The notes below the pieces were generated by a model. It was not told where the DNA came from and made no database searches. It was given only the letters and a program-made list of their open reading frames with translations. The position numbers and the translations under genes are program-made. From Schizochytrium sp. TIO01 (lineage: Eukaryota > Protista > Bigyra: Labyrinthulomycetes), in contig SMSO01000032.1 in the NCBI GenBank assembly GCA_004764695.1, positions 7,968,483 through 8,032,482 of the forward strand: a stretch of 64,000 bases of DNA, given 5' to 3'. Positions within the stretch are counted from its first letter, which is position 1; each line of letters opens with the position of its first letter. Below are positions 40,524-52,624 of this stretch, piece after piece.

Positions 40524-43500
40524 ATGACCATGAGAAAAACTATGCCATCTTCGGCGAGCTCAGTCCTTGCAAGTAGAGCAGCTTCTCAAAGTAAAAAACG
40601 CATCCCACTAGGTTCTTTCCAACATCGCTGGCAGCATTCTGGAGTGGATAAGACTAAAAACAAAGCTGTTGAACCCCGTGTCGTTACGATTGGAGACATT
40701 TCGCATCAATTTGCACCTGCGAATGACCTTTCTCGGGTCCCCAGCGGTTACCATTCTGAAATTGGATCTGCAGTATCTCAGACAATGTTGGGTCATTTAC
40801 GGTGGATGTTGCAAAAGGATAAACTTGGTCAGGATATGTTCTTAATGGGGTCCCCAGGACCTGCACGGAGATGGCTAGCCCTGCGCTATGGTGAAGTCAC
40901 TCAGCGCGAAATAGAATACGTCTCCATTAGTAGAGATACGACTGAAAGTGACCTAAAGCAAAGGCGCGAAATTGTTAAAGGATCAGCACTTTTTGTTGAT
41001 CAAGCACCTGTTCGTGCCGCCCTACATGGCCGTCTTTTGATTATTGATGGAATTGAGAAGGCTGAGCGAAATGTACTACCTACACTTAACAACTTGTTAG
41101 AAAATCGGGAAATGCAACTTGAGGATGGTCGGTTTTTGATGGACCCGAAGCGTTATAACGAACTCAAAGACCAAATTTCTCTCAGCGAGACGCAGCAGCA
41201 CATTGTTTCGGCACACCCTGATTTCCGGGTTATTGCTCTTGGTGTCCCAGTGCCTCCGTACCGAGGAAAACCTCTCGATCCACCACTTCGCTCGCGATTT
41301 CAGGTTCGAGTAGTGGAGCCTGTTGGCTCTAGTGATGTTTGGCCTGACCTCATCCGAGCTATTGCAGATGTGGACCCTCAAGTTTCAGGAAGCCCACAAG
41401 ACAATCCACGGCTACTCGCTCTTACTAGCACGGCAGGAACTCTACGAATGATGGAAGAAACCTGGTCTGCAGCTCCTGGGGATGACTCGGTCGTGCGTGG
41501 TATGCCACATTTCCCGGAGACAAAGTTGCCTTCTTTGTCAGTCCTGGCTCACAGCTTTGTTGATGATTCTATAGCAACCGTTTTGGGCCGCGTATATCCT
41601 TTCCTTGGAACTATCCCTGTGCCGAAATCTCAAGAGCAAGTCCGTAAGACGTGTACCTTGCTTTTAGAGAACAGAGCTGATGAGCTGCTTTTGTATAATC
41701 AGTCGGCCATGGAGCCTCGTAGTTTTCAGCATACTTGCTACACACTGGAGGAGATCGTTCCCTCTAACACAACTTCGCAAGGTCTGTTTAAGTTCAAATC
41801 TCGTGTATCTGGTCATGAAGTAGAACTTGGTTCTTTCGTTGGCCCTCAGCTTCAAGTTGGCGCCGAAGATCGCGTTTCACTTGACACTCGCCCATTTCAC
41901 GCGATCGATGAGCACAAGGCCTTGATGAGTGCAATGGCTCAGGATCATTGTGTTGGACAAGATTCTCTGCTTCTGGGTGAACCCGGCAGTGGCAAGTCAC
42001 GTTTAGCGGAGCACTTCAGTGAACGCCTTGGTTACCAGACATCGCTATTTAGCTTGTACAAAGATATGAGTGCTCGTGACTTGCTACAAAGACGTACAAC
42101 CGATAGCCAAGGAAATACAGGCTGGGAGTATAGTCCTCTGGTCAACGCGGCGATTCAAGGTGAAATGCTCATTCTTGATGGAATTGATCGCGTTGATCCA
42201 GAAACCCTTACCGTGATTCAGCGTCTGGTGTGTGATCGTGAGGCAGAACTTTTTGATGGCAAGCGTCTTCGTGCTTCGATTGGTCCAGACGATGAGCAGG
42301 ATCCAGAAATTGTTCGTATTCACCCTCGTTTCAGGATCATTGCACTTGCAACAACAGGTAATTCAAAGGACAATCAGGCCTGGCTAAATGCTGACCTTCT
42401 CGCCATGTTCTCTGTGCATCACTTGAACCGCATGTCACCAGCAGACCATGAAGTCATTGTAAAAGCGTGTTTGCAGCGCGTGCCACAAGAATTCCTTGAA
42501 CTTCTTCGCGAGTTCTCTGCTGCTCTACTTGAAAAGCGCGACGCTGGGCAAAAGTATGGCGGGGGAAGCAACAAGGGTGGTATTTCAAGTGAGGAGAAGA
42601 AAGAAGTGGGTGATGTGGATGATGATCGTGTGACGAAGGCTGCCTCCCTTGGCGTGAGACCTCTCTCCCTGCGTCAAGTGATGCGCCTTTGTCGATTTGC
42701 GGATGCGTTTCCAGATCAAGCGTTGGATGAGATGCGGGAGCGTCTTCGAACTGTTCTTCTTGGCCAATTTCTTCCGCATTCACAGTACAAGGCTCTGGAG
42801 GAGCTTATGGACTCTGTTGGTATTCCCAAGGACCACTCACAGGATGACGAGCTTCCCGGTGAACGTATTAAGATTGAACAAGGCTCAGGATTTGTATCGA
42901 TCGGTGACGTGAAGGCAAACATTTCCTCCCCGGAGTTCCCCGAGCTTGTTCCTGCTCCCGTTTTCTTTGATATCCCAAAGCATCGTGAGCTTTTGCGCGA
43001 TATGCTTGAGGATGTCGTCTCGGGAGAGCATGCGAAGCATCTTCTTCTCATTGGCAACCAAGGTGTGGGCAAGAACAAGTTGGCAGATCGACTTTTACAG
43101 CTTATGCAAAAAGAGCGGGAATACATTCAATTGCACCGCGATTCTACTGTGGGCAGCCTGACGCTCTCCCCAAGCCTTCGTAATGGCATTGTGGTATGGG
43201 ATGACTCTCCGCTTGTTCGCGCCGCCGTTCGTGGACGTGCGCTAATGGTGGATGAGGTAGATAAGGCTCCGCTTGAAGTAGTTTCAGTACTTAAATCTTT
43301 GGTCGAAGATGGAGAGCTCCTTCTTGCCGACGGCCGTCGCTTGGTCTCGCGAAGCCGTTACGCCTCTGCAGAGCGTCTTGGAAACACTGAAAAGCTTTTA
43401 CCACTTCATCCAAACTTCATGATGGTTGTTCTTGCAAATCGCCCCGGTTTCCCTTTTCTTGGCAACCATGTCTTTCGGGAAATCGGTGACATTTTCTCAG

Positions 43501-43943
43501 CTCATGTCATTCCTAACCCTGACACAAAGTCTGAGTTAGAGCTTTTGCAGGCGTATGCGCCAAATGTAGATCGCGGTGTTCTGGCCAAGCTGGTTGGCGC
43601 CTTTTCGGAATTGCGATCTCTTGTTGACGATGGTGTTCTTGTATACCCATATAGTACTCGTGAGGCCGTTGCAGTGGCGAAGCATCTCGAAACTTTTCCC
43701 TCTGATGGTTTGGTTAATACCCTTGAAAATGTCCTTGGATTTGACACATTTGATCCTCAGACAATGGATATTATTGTCGGAGCATTCCAGCGCCACGGCA
43801 TTCCTTTTGTCGCCCCTCGTGTACGCAAAAACGATCCAAGTGCTTCTAGCTTTACCATTGCTGTGTCTCATCCCGAGGACCTCCCGCCAGCTTTCGCCAC
43901 TGAAGAGTGGACTACTGACCCCTCTTCATCAAAGTCCTCCTAA
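40524..43943 (+). CDS. VWA8: VWA8-like mitochondrial triple AAA+ (MoxR/midasin-type) ATPase, ending without the vWA domain
   Basis: Transit-like N-terminus. HLRWMLQKDKLGQDMFL, SRDTTESDLKQRREI, DGIEKAERNVLPTLNNLLENREMQLEDGRFL. Walker A GEPGSGKS and GNQGVGKNK. YPYSTREAVAVAKHL. First ATG at 40524. Confidence 0.9.
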   Translation: MTMRKTMPSSASSVLASRAASQSKKRIPLGSFQHRWQHSGVDKTKNKAVEPRVVTIGDISHQFAPANDLSRVPSGYHSEIGSAVSQTMLGHLRWMLQKDKLGQDMFLMGSPGPARRWLALRYGEVTQREIEYVSISRDTTESDLKQRREIVKGSALFVDQAPVRAALHGRLLIIDGIEKAERNVLPTLNNLLENREMQLEDGRFLMDPKRYNELKDQISLSETQQHIVSAHPDFRVIALGVPVPPYRGKPLDPPLRSRFQVRVVEPVGSSDVWPDLIRAIADVDPQVSGSPQDNPRLLALTSTAGTLRMMEETWSAAPGDDSVVRGMPHFPETKLPSLSVLAHSFVDDSIATVLGRVYPFLGTIPVPKSQEQVRKTCTLLLENRADELLLYNQSAMEPRSFQHTCYTLEEIVPSNTTSQGLFKFKSRVSGHEVELGSFVGPQLQVGAEDRVSLDTRPFHAIDEHKALMSAMAQDHCVGQDSLLLGEPGSGKSRLAEHFSERLGYQTSLFSLYKDMSARDLLQRRTTDSQGNTGWEYSPLVNAAIQGEMLILDGIDRVDPETLTVIQRLVCDREAELFDGKRLRASIGPDDEQDPEIVRIHPRFRIIALATTGNSKDNQAWLNADLLAMFSVHHLNRMSPADHEVIVKACLQRVPQEFLELLREFSAALLEKRDAGQKYGGGSNKGGISSEEKKEVGDVDDDRVTKAASLGVRPLSLRQVMRLCRFADAFPDQALDEMRERLRTVLLGQFLPHSQYKALEELMDSVGIPKDHSQDDELPGERIKIEQGSGFVSIGDVKANISSPEFPELVPAPVFFDIPKHRELLRDMLEDVVSGEHAKHLLLIGNQGVGKNKLADRLLQLMQKEREYIQLHRDSTVGSLTLSPSLRNGIVVWDDSPLVRAAVRGRALMVDEVDKAPLEVVSVLKSLVEDGELLLADGRRLVSRSRYASAERLGNTEKLLPLHPNFMMVVLANRPGFPFLGNHVFREIGDIFSAHVIPNPDTKSELELLQAYAPNVDRGVLAKLVGAFSELRSLVDDGVLVYPYSTREAVAVAKHLETFPSDGLVNTLENVLGFDTFDPQTMDIIVGAFQRHGIPFVAPRVRKNDPSASSFTIAVSHPEDLPPAFATEEWTTDPSSSKSS

Positions 43944-46206
43944 AGAACCAAAGAGAGCAAAAGATAATCTTCTTAACAAGGTACAAATTACATTCACATT
44001 AAACATCTACTCTTTCTTGTTATTTTGTCCTTTCCAATCTTGGTCTGAATTATTCGTTACCCTACCTACTATGGTTGCACCACCCTATAAGACATCAAAA
44101 TTGCAGGTTCCACTGGCGATTGGCAGCGATCTCGAGAGGGCTTCTTCGGGAAAAGCGGCGTCCGGTGTCAGCCTTGCCAGGAGAGCGTACTACTACCACA
44201 CAAGTTCAAGTCAGGAGCACTTGAAATGGTCAGTGGTCAGGGTGGGCGAGTGGATGAGGATCGAATGAGGTAGGCAGCGCTGCTGCCACGAGTAATACGA
44301 AGAGCGTGGCTACTACTAGATGTTCATAACATATGTTGCTATGATTATAAAATTGGTCACGTAACTTCAAGCGTAGGTTTACCCTCAGGCAAAACACCGG
44401 GAAGGCGAACAATAGCTTTGGGCTTTAACCAACTCAGGCTTCACTTAATCAATCTGCCAGCCACGATGGCTGGCGAAGTGATAAATCATCTCATCCCACT
44501 TTTATTTGACCAGCAGTAACAGCGGCAATAGCAGCCACAGCAGAAGTACGGAAGTTGGTCTGAGGGTGACGATGCTACAATGGTAGGTGAGGAGATACTA
44601 GCCATAGTAATTTTCATCAAAATACTCGAAAAGAGTAAATAATTTACATCAAAATACGATCTGCCAGTGGTATCGCGAGGGGAGTCGTAGCGCTCGATGA
44701 TGGGCCTTTCTGGGTGATATGGTTTGCGGACACCGTATTGGACCTGGGTTTATACATCGGTCGATGGTGAGAGGCTATGAGACATTCTTTTTCTTAATTA
44801 TTTACGAGAAAAAATAAATAAAACGATGTTATTTTATCCAGCCACACAAGGCTGCTCTGGGACGGACGACGCCTTCGAAGTTGCTCTTAACCCATCTCCA
44901 CAAGCTCATTGAGCCTCCTCCACGGATCTCCTCATTGCACCCTGCACGTGGCTATCGGGCTCAAGCGTCTCTGTTTTCTTCGCGAGCTTACCGGCCTCCT
45001 CGCCAGCAATGGCTTCGAGTGCGGCAGAATCAAGTTAGCTTGACGCACGCGTGGCACATTAAGAATAGTAAAACGATGCCGCAAACTTAGTGACCAGCTG
45101 GAGCTTTAGCTTGAGCCACGGGACTGGGCAAGCTCCATTGACCGGACTCCGAAGGCGGGGCTCCTAAACAGCTCTTCTCAAGGACGTTTCTTGAAACCCT
45201 GGCTCTAGAAGTGGTTCTTGATGTTGAAAATATCTCTTAGGGTGTTGCGATTCGTGATTTTGGGGTGTGCGTGGAAGTGTGTGTTTACGAGGTTTATTAT
45301 CGACCTCTCCTGAGACCGCGAGTGTGCAAGCATTGCTTTCTCTTAGAATCCCACCCCATCGTAAGCTTGAGTTTTAAGTAAGGCTTGAACTTGAAATACA
45401 CCTTGGCCTTCAGGTCCCCTGCGGTTTCAAGTTGTGCACAACAGCCGAACTTGATTGCCTTCCACTGTTATTTATATGACGAGTTTCTCTGAAACACCTC
45501 CATGGACGCCACTCGAAGTAAGCTTTCGAGTTAGTTCTCTGCCGCTGGAAGGGCAGCTTGCTCAGGTCATTTCCCTCCCTCGAGATTTCCCCCGGGCTAG
45601 CTCTCCACCGCTCGCTTTCGCACACAAGGTCCTTTCCGATGGTTACGATATTTTCTAACACCTTGAACTTTAAGATAAAACCTTTTGTTTCGCCTTGTGG
45701 ACACCTTCAGCAGTTTCCTATCCAACAGACTTCGCTAGCCTCTTGCGTCAAGCTAGTTCCGCCTTGCTTGCATGAGCTAGTCTTGCCTCTTTCTTCAAGC
45801 CTTCAATTCATTCATTGCTTGACCCTGCATTATTCTAACCTGAAATTCTTTGGAAAAAAGTTCTTCATATTTTTGGGATTATCGAACCAATATAGTTTCG
45901 CTCGCTCGCTCGCTCGCAGAAGCTTCACCGAGACAATCCTCAAACAGCCTGCCTGCTCCTTCGTGCTTCTTCTCTCCTCTATTGTCTACTACTGCCACAG
46001 AACCTTTGCGCTGCTCTCGCTCAAGCGTGGAGCTCTTAACAAGCTCGAGATCCCGCCTTTCTCCACCAGATCCCCGCCATTCAAGGCATGGGTCTTCATG
46101 GCCCTTGAGAAGCTCTTGTTCCTTGCGAGACCTCTTCTCAGCTCCCACACGCACGAGTCGTCGTTTCTCCAGAACCTTTTAGTGAATTAGTTCTGTTAAG
46201 GCCTCC

Positions 46207-47610
46207 ATGGGTTGCGCTCCGTCAGGACATCGACATGCAGGGTCTGCAGGACGTGCAGCAAGGCACGCGCTGATGCACGAAGAGGATTGGCGCAACTTCT
46301 TGTCAAGAGTCGAGGTGTTATCTGAAAATCTTGTGGAGACTCCGCAGAGGTATAGACGAACATCGACCTTTCTTGTGAGTGAAGTGGACATGGGTGAGCT
46401 ATTGTCACTTTCGAGTGAGTTTAGAGCGCTTGCAAAAAGGTGCACCGGGTGCTCTGCGACAGATGCTATGGGGAAAAGCGCTGTACTCATGCTACAACTG
46501 GCGTTATCGTGCCCCTTGAGGATTATGGGCATGGAGATTTTTAGCCTGATTGGTTTTTACTGCGAGGTTGTGGAAAATGCAAGCTCAGATGAACTCGGTC
46601 ACTTGGCCCTAGATCTGCTAGAAGGCGCCTTGAGGCTTGGAATTCGAGCTCGTGCGGAAGGAAAAAGCGTGCAAAAAGTATTGTCTGCATCGGACCCGGA
46701 CGAGGTATACTGCATGCATATGCTGGGGGATGAAGAGGATGTAACGCTTTTATCACCTTTGGTGGCGATATTGAGGGATCACATGACGTTGGTGAAGGAT
46801 TTTCGGCCTACATTTTACTGCTTTGACGACAACCTTTCACTCAGCGTAAGGACTCTGCTCTCAGCTCCAGATCACCCAATTGTTGTAGATCAGCAAGAGC
46901 CGATTATGTCGCATGCACTGCGCAAGTTTCTTTCGCTTCCTGTGGACGAAATATTTGTTTTCTTGGTGGTTGACATCAAAGAGGACAAATCGTTTGAAAT
47001 CTCTGGCGGCTATGCTTTCCGTGTCACTGGGTCTGACACATTTGACACATTATTCACGCAGGTTGCGAATACAATCGCTACTGAGGGCGGACCCGCTTTA
47101 CCATTTGTTGCAGAAGGCGGTGTGAACCACTGGGTGCGTTTATTCTGCCCCACGATTGGAACCCGCCTTAACGCCCCAGCACATTTATGCATTGTGCAAG
47201 GAGCAGAGTTTCCAGACGATACGCCGCCACTTACTGTGGATTCGTCAATCATACCGACGAACCCCGAGGATGATATTTATGGGGAAGAGGGTGAGGCTTT
47301 TATTCGCCCTCTTTTAATTGATTCCTCCATTCCTGCCTCTGACAATAACTTTACTTACAATATGATCTCCAACAGTACCAGCAGCAATAATTTGAACAAT
47401 AAGCGGGACAAGCGAAGCGTGCCTTCCTTTGTATCTAGTCTAGGCGCGCTTAATGCCGATCAGCTGAGCCGACTGAAGTGGCGTCTGGAGACAGTAAGTA
47501 GCGTTGAGCGAATGCGTGCTGTTTCACATCTCATGAATCGCCGCAAGGCTCTTTTTGATGGCCCCGAGCTAGACGCTTGGAGACGTGAGCTCAACCATGA
47601 CATCTGCTGA
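46207..47610 (+). CDS. Hypothetical protein, 467 aa, with MGC N-terminus (predicted myristoylation/palmitoylation)
   Basis: Long ATG-initiated ORF with globular composition. MGCAPS fits the MGxxxS acylation pattern. Confidence 0.75.
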   Translation: MGCAPSGHRHAGSAGRAARHALMHEEDWRNFLSRVEVLSENLVETPQRYRRTSTFLVSEVDMGELLSLSSEFRALAKRCTGCSATDAMGKSAVLMLQLALSCPLRIMGMEIFSLIGFYCEVVENASSDELGHLALDLLEGALRLGIRARAEGKSVQKVLSASDPDEVYCMHMLGDEEDVTLLSPLVAILRDHMTLVKDFRPTFYCFDDNLSLSVRTLLSAPDHPIVVDQQEPIMSHALRKFLSLPVDEIFVFLVVDIKEDKSFEISGGYAFRVTGSDTFDTLFTQVANTIATEGGPALPFVAEGGVNHWVRLFCPTIGTRLNAPAHLCIVQGAEFPDDTPPLTVDSSIIPTNPEDDIYGEEGEAFIRPLLIDSSIPASDNNFTYNMISNSTSSNNLNNKRDKRSVPSFVSSLGALNADQLSRLKWRLETVSSVERMRAVSHLMNRRKALFDGPELDAWRRELNHDIC

Positions 47611-50018
47611 GACAACTGATCTCTATTTCATGACTATTCCCATAATTTCCCAAGCTGTTTTGTTTTGCCTTTACGAAACCTTCGCTGTGTCGCTGATGAA
47701 TACGAGGAGGATTCTCATCACACAAAGACGCCACTTCCCATTATGCTCTGAGAGATGTAAAGTTGGCTTATGTTTGTAATTGTTATGCTTATTCCTCTGT
47801 TGCTGCTACTGATGTTGTCATGAGCAACTTTTCAAACCCGGTGATGGTAAGGAATTCGCAGAGCTTGGAGTGAAATATATCTCTAAGGCATGACTTTTTC
47901 TCCTCTCCAATGAAAATAACTTAACAAATTTTACTGATATGATATGATAGTCCAGCCTTGACATATTATCGATCGGCTAGTTACAATATGAAGAACTGCT
48001 GTAGTGCTATGAATCACTTGCCCTGGTCTCCCAGGTCTCGTAACGTTTGGAATAGGGGCAAGAGCACGTGCACAGGGCTTTTACACCATCCATGCCATCA
48101 TCCTCTCTTAATTGAAACGGGAGATACAGCAAATGCCATGCTCTCATGCACATATAATACTACACGATTCCCTTCAATTGCGATCGTGCTCGTGCCGAAG
48201 CTGCTGGCGCCGGCGCGGCTAATTCTTTCGTTTGTTACTTACTTCTTTCAGGCCTCTCAAAGATAATATGGCGTGGAAATGTGTGTAGAAGCGCACAATA
48301 CGTGCGACCACTTAACGAATCGCATCGTCCATGACTACTGAACCGCTCTTTTGGGAGCAAATCTTCAACTCTCAGTGTTGCCCAAGTCGGCCTTTATGCT
48401 GGACTAAGCGATAAACTTCTGGTTGTTCGAGTGGAGATCACCCACCCAGTAGTCACATGAGCAGCACTGCTACTTTTGATAGTTTCGTACTTGTATTGCA
48501 TTTATTGTTCAACGGGTTTCAACTTGCTGGCTGCCAAGTGGGTGATCTGGTTGGAGTGAAGCGCCTTGCCAGGTTTCCCACTGTTTTCTATGATTGTTTG
48601 TCCTGGTAAAGGGTACCTGTTAGAATACTTGTGCTGGAAGCATTAGGAGCTGCCTTGAGTCACTTGGAGTTTGGCTTGTTTCTGCTATTTAATGACAGTG
48701 CACCCTGTAGAAATTTTAATTAAAAAAACTTGAAGGTGCAGATAATTTAAGTTGGATAGGAGTGGTCCAACAGCCTGAAGCACGGGCTGCGCTGACTCAG
48801 AGTGCAAAGACGTTCCTCGCCGAACTGGCAGCATCGTTGCGATCGCGATATCCATGCAATTAATTCTACAAAGCCAAAACCTTATGACTTCAAGCGTGCG
48901 AGGATGAGTTAAAAAAAGAAGAAGCGTATAAAGAGAACCTTAAAAAGTAAAATCAATAGGAAATGAAAAGGTGCGGCACGTGCACAACTAAAAGCAAGCA
49001 CTGGAGAGCTTTTAAAAAAGAGTATAGATAGGTATTTATAACGAATTTGAAGTGATGACATCGAAAGTACTCAAGCAAGAAGCACAATCAAACCGAGAAA
49101 GTAAAATGGCAGGGTTGCGTCTGCATTGGGGTGACAACACAGTATCTTTGTTGGCTCCCTAATTAGATTTTAAGAGAATGAAATACAGAGCACATAATAA
49201 TATTTTATAAATATTGTACATTGTTATTGTTTTTCGAGTCATATAAAAAAACATTAAAAATGAAAAGTGGTCCTTGAAATAAAACCATGGTAGGATATTA
49301 CAATTTGACCCACAAACGCCAATATTTAAGGTAGGCTGACGTTTCTAATCAGGAGGACGAATGCTTCAAGCCAAACTCAAGCATATCTCGAACTCCGCGA
49401 CGCTCGCATATATCCTCATAGAAGAAAAGATTATTTTTAGTATTAGCCGATACGGTCTTTGACAATTGACTAAAAATAGAAAAGGAAAAGAAAAGGAAAA
49501 AAGGAGCGACTTGATAAAAAGTGCTCTTGCAACTTGAAGTTCTTCAATTTTATGAAAGTTCCTCCTTATACGCTTTCTGACTCTTGCGTTTTCGCGACTT
49601 TACACCGTACCTGACAGCAGAGTCAGTAGTCGTGTGCGTTCTAGGCGGAGAACCGCATCAAAAAGAAGAATCTCGACCTGCCCAAACCCTCGAGTCTGGC
49701 TGATCAACAGATTAGTGAGAAGAGAAAAGTACCAATCGATCGTTCTTTCTTTTACACCAACAGCTGGGGTCCGCGGCGATCCATGGGCCTTTCGAGAGCT
49801 AGGAACTCATCAGGAGCTTTCAGCCAATCTTCTGAATCCAACATTTGCTGATCAGTGTCTTTGTTCTTATCGCCAGACTCGCCCCGCCTTGAAGACCTCT
49901 CACTTCGTTCGGTGAAAAAGTCTCCGATCGCTGTGATTCTTTGTCGATTACCTTTTTAACTCTTTCGCTCGCTGGAAATCACTCTTTCGCTAAGGAAGGA
50001 CCCAAGGAAGCCGCGCGC

Positions 50019-51998
50019 ATGGGCCAACGTCTTGCGTGCGGTAGGAGCTCTCTATCCACCTCCTCATCTGCATCCTCTGCGTCCACGTCCTCCTTTTTTC
50101 CTAGTTCCCCTTCCTCGTCCCTTCTTGATCCTCAATCTTTACATCCTCCGCAGAATTCCGCTGCCTTCTCTTCGCCGTCTAAGGTCACATCCGCCAACGC
50201 GTCTACTAATTTCAAGGTTTTAGGCCATCCTGATCACACCTCTACGCGTCCTGGGCACTCCCCTGTGCCTAAAGTCCACGCCAGCGGTGGAGATCTCAAC
50301 GTCATGCAAGGCAATAATGAAATTTCTATGAGAGGCGTTGGAAGTGGCAGCAGACCCTTAACTCAACCCGGCAGTACCTTGGCAACTGCTGTGGCTGAGG
50401 AGACCGGTCGACTCGTGTCCTTGCGTCGTCGCCTTGCCGAACGTCGTCTTCTTCGCGCACAAGAGCGTCTACGATCTGATTACCGGCGTCTTTTGATCTT
50501 CATCGCGGCGCTCCTTGTTATCACCTCGGCATCCAGCCTCATTCCGACAGCGACTCAGTCTGCTTCTACTGCCGCCACCTCAGACGGAGTGATCGACGTT
50601 GCACGGCTTGTACCTACAAAGCTGCTTGCAATCCTCGCACCAGGAAGCGATCTGAGAGTACTGGAATTGCTACCGGCAACTTTTGCGATTGTAGTTTTGG
50701 CGACGTTGCTTTTGAAAGGCCCAAGGAAGGCTGAAGACGACGTAGTGAAAGACCGTGAAGAGTTTTGGGAAGACGCAGAGGTTGACGCCTCACTTGATCG
50801 CCTCAGGGACCTTGTAGCAGGTTACCAAGGCCAGGGCCGTGAGGATAATTGCAATTACGATCAAAGTCAACAAGGTTTGAACCAACAGCAGTTAAAAAAG
50901 AGGTTGCCCAACGTGAAGGCCGAGGAACAAGAAACGATGTTTAAGAGATCTTCAACGACATCGACGGCTTCAACGGCGAAAACTGCGACTGTGAACGGAG
51001 CGAATGGACAGAGCAAGGACGCTGTGGTTGACGTAAAGCGAGAAGGCCTTGAAGCCACGCTTGCTAACAAGGGCAACGGACGTGACGAACCTTTAAGTGA
51101 AGAAAATTTGGCGCTCGTCAAGGAGCTCTATGATCGCGTACAGGATGCCTTCAAGTCTCTGTTAGAGAAAAACCCTAGTGAAGAGTCATTCACAACTTAT
51201 GAAACCTGCCGCAGATACCTCGTAGCTCGTGAGTGGAAGATCCAGGCTGCTGAGGATCAACTTCGAGGCACTGTTAAGTGGCGTATCGAGAATGATATTG
51301 GTTCAAAATTGTTTTGTGATAGCCCGGCTGCACGCAAGAACCCCTGGGGCTGGTCCATGCGCATGATTGGCTTTTCAGAGAATGGAAATCCGGTCGCCTA
51401 CACTGTCTTTTCGCACGCGAACGACCGCTTCAATCTCGAGGGAAGTATCCAACACCTCATCGCACTGATGGAATCAATGCGTCGTGTTATTCATCAGCGG
51501 GCCATGGATGGTCTTGAGCCTAACGCGAACCAGCGTCAGTGGGTGTGGGTCATTGACTTCCATGGATTTTCTCTCCGGGATACGAATCCTCGTACTGGAT
51601 CACAAGTGAATGAGGTGATGGCCCATTACCCAGAATTCCTAAACTGCATGGTTCTTCTGAATGCTCCCTCTCTCTTCAGTGGTCTGTATCGGATCATGTG
51701 TGCAATTGTCGATGAACGTGTTCGTCAAAAAGTAGTTTTTGTCACACGTACTGAAGCTGCTGAGAAGCTTAAGGAAAGGCTCGGTAACGAGATTGCCGAC
51801 TGGATTGCTGCTGAGTCACAGGACAACAAAGACACCGCGCCCCTAGCTAAACGCGGTACTCCAAAGAAGTACTGGATTGCTCCGACGCAACAAGGTGCAC
51901 ATGATCCTCGTGGTACTTCAACCTACGTTAGTGGAAAGTATTTTATAAAATCTCCAGGCGATGCCTATGAGGAGGATCAGGCTGCACAGCAGAAGTGA
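50019..51998 (+). CDS. CRAL-TRIO/Sec14 lipid-binding protein with two N-terminal hydrophobic segments
   Basis: CRRYLVAREWKIQAAEDQLRGTVKWR (CRAL-TRIO N-domain), WVWVIDFHGFS, HYPEFLNCMVLLNAPSLF..VDERVRQKVVF. First ATG at 50019. Confidence 0.9.
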   Translation: MGQRLACGRSSLSTSSSASSASTSSFFPSSPSSSLLDPQSLHPPQNSAAFSSPSKVTSANASTNFKVLGHPDHTSTRPGHSPVPKVHASGGDLNVMQGNNEISMRGVGSGSRPLTQPGSTLATAVAEETGRLVSLRRRLAERRLLRAQERLRSDYRRLLIFIAALLVITSASSLIPTATQSASTAATSDGVIDVARLVPTKLLAILAPGSDLRVLELLPATFAIVVLATLLLKGPRKAEDDVVKDREEFWEDAEVDASLDRLRDLVAGYQGQGREDNCNYDQSQQGLNQQQLKKRLPNVKAEEQETMFKRSSTTSTASTAKTATVNGANGQSKDAVVDVKREGLEATLANKGNGRDEPLSEENLALVKELYDRVQDAFKSLLEKNPSEESFTTYETCRRYLVAREWKIQAAEDQLRGTVKWRIENDIGSKLFCDSPAARKNPWGWSMRMIGFSENGNPVAYTVFSHANDRFNLEGSIQHLIALMESMRRVIHQRAMDGLEPNANQRQWVWVIDFHGFSLRDTNPRTGSQVNEVMAHYPEFLNCMVLLNAPSLFSGLYRIMCAIVDERVRQKVVFVTRTEAAEKLKERLGNEIADWIAAESQDNKDTAPLAKRGTPKKYWIAPTQQGAHDPRGTSTYVSGKYFIKSPGDAYEEDQAAQQK

Positions 51999-52624
51999 GT
52001 TGAGGGCGGTTTTATGTACAACAAGATTTTAAGAAACCTTGTGATACAACAAATAATTGTTTCTCGGCATCTCTTGAATTCTGTCTCGTGTCTGTATTGA
52101 CCACTATATTTGATGATGTTTTTTTTTTCTTAACTTTTCTTGGTCTATGCTTAAAAGTTCCTCTGTTTCGTAAAAGGAGGGTTAAAGTCGAGCAGTTCTG
52201 AAGTTTCAGGTGTTGTTCTCCATCTCCGTTTGAACTTTCTACACGTAAATGTGCTCTAGAATATCTTTGGCTGTTTTTCTTGCAGTGAAATTGAGGAAAA
52301 CGGAGCCGCTTTTAAACCAATAAAACATTAAATAATAATGATACGATTTGTTGTGTTCATCTCCCTTACAAGACTGAGAAGCATATTTATCTCCTCCTGT
52401 ATTTAGATGAAGTATCAAGTAACTGAGCTGGACTATTTTATCTAATGGGCCTCGAAATTTAGAAAGATGTAGGCCTAAAAGTAAATCAGGAACAATGCTT
52501 AGTTTTGGCTTCGAATGAACATCCAATAGCAGTATATCAGTAATTATCAGATTTTGCGTTACCGTTCATATTAGTCATTGCCTAAATTCCGGCCTATATG
52601 GAACTTGCAAACGCTTTGGTGGAC

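Noticed and set aside
43576-44268. 230-aa ORF as a frameshifted VWA8 continuation
   Set aside because: Mostly overlaps VWA8 out of frame; no vWA/MIDAS or VWA8 C-terminal motifs.
45558-46190. 210-aa + strand ORF
   Set aside because: Non-ATG start and UTR-like pyrimidine-rich composition; no recognisable domain.
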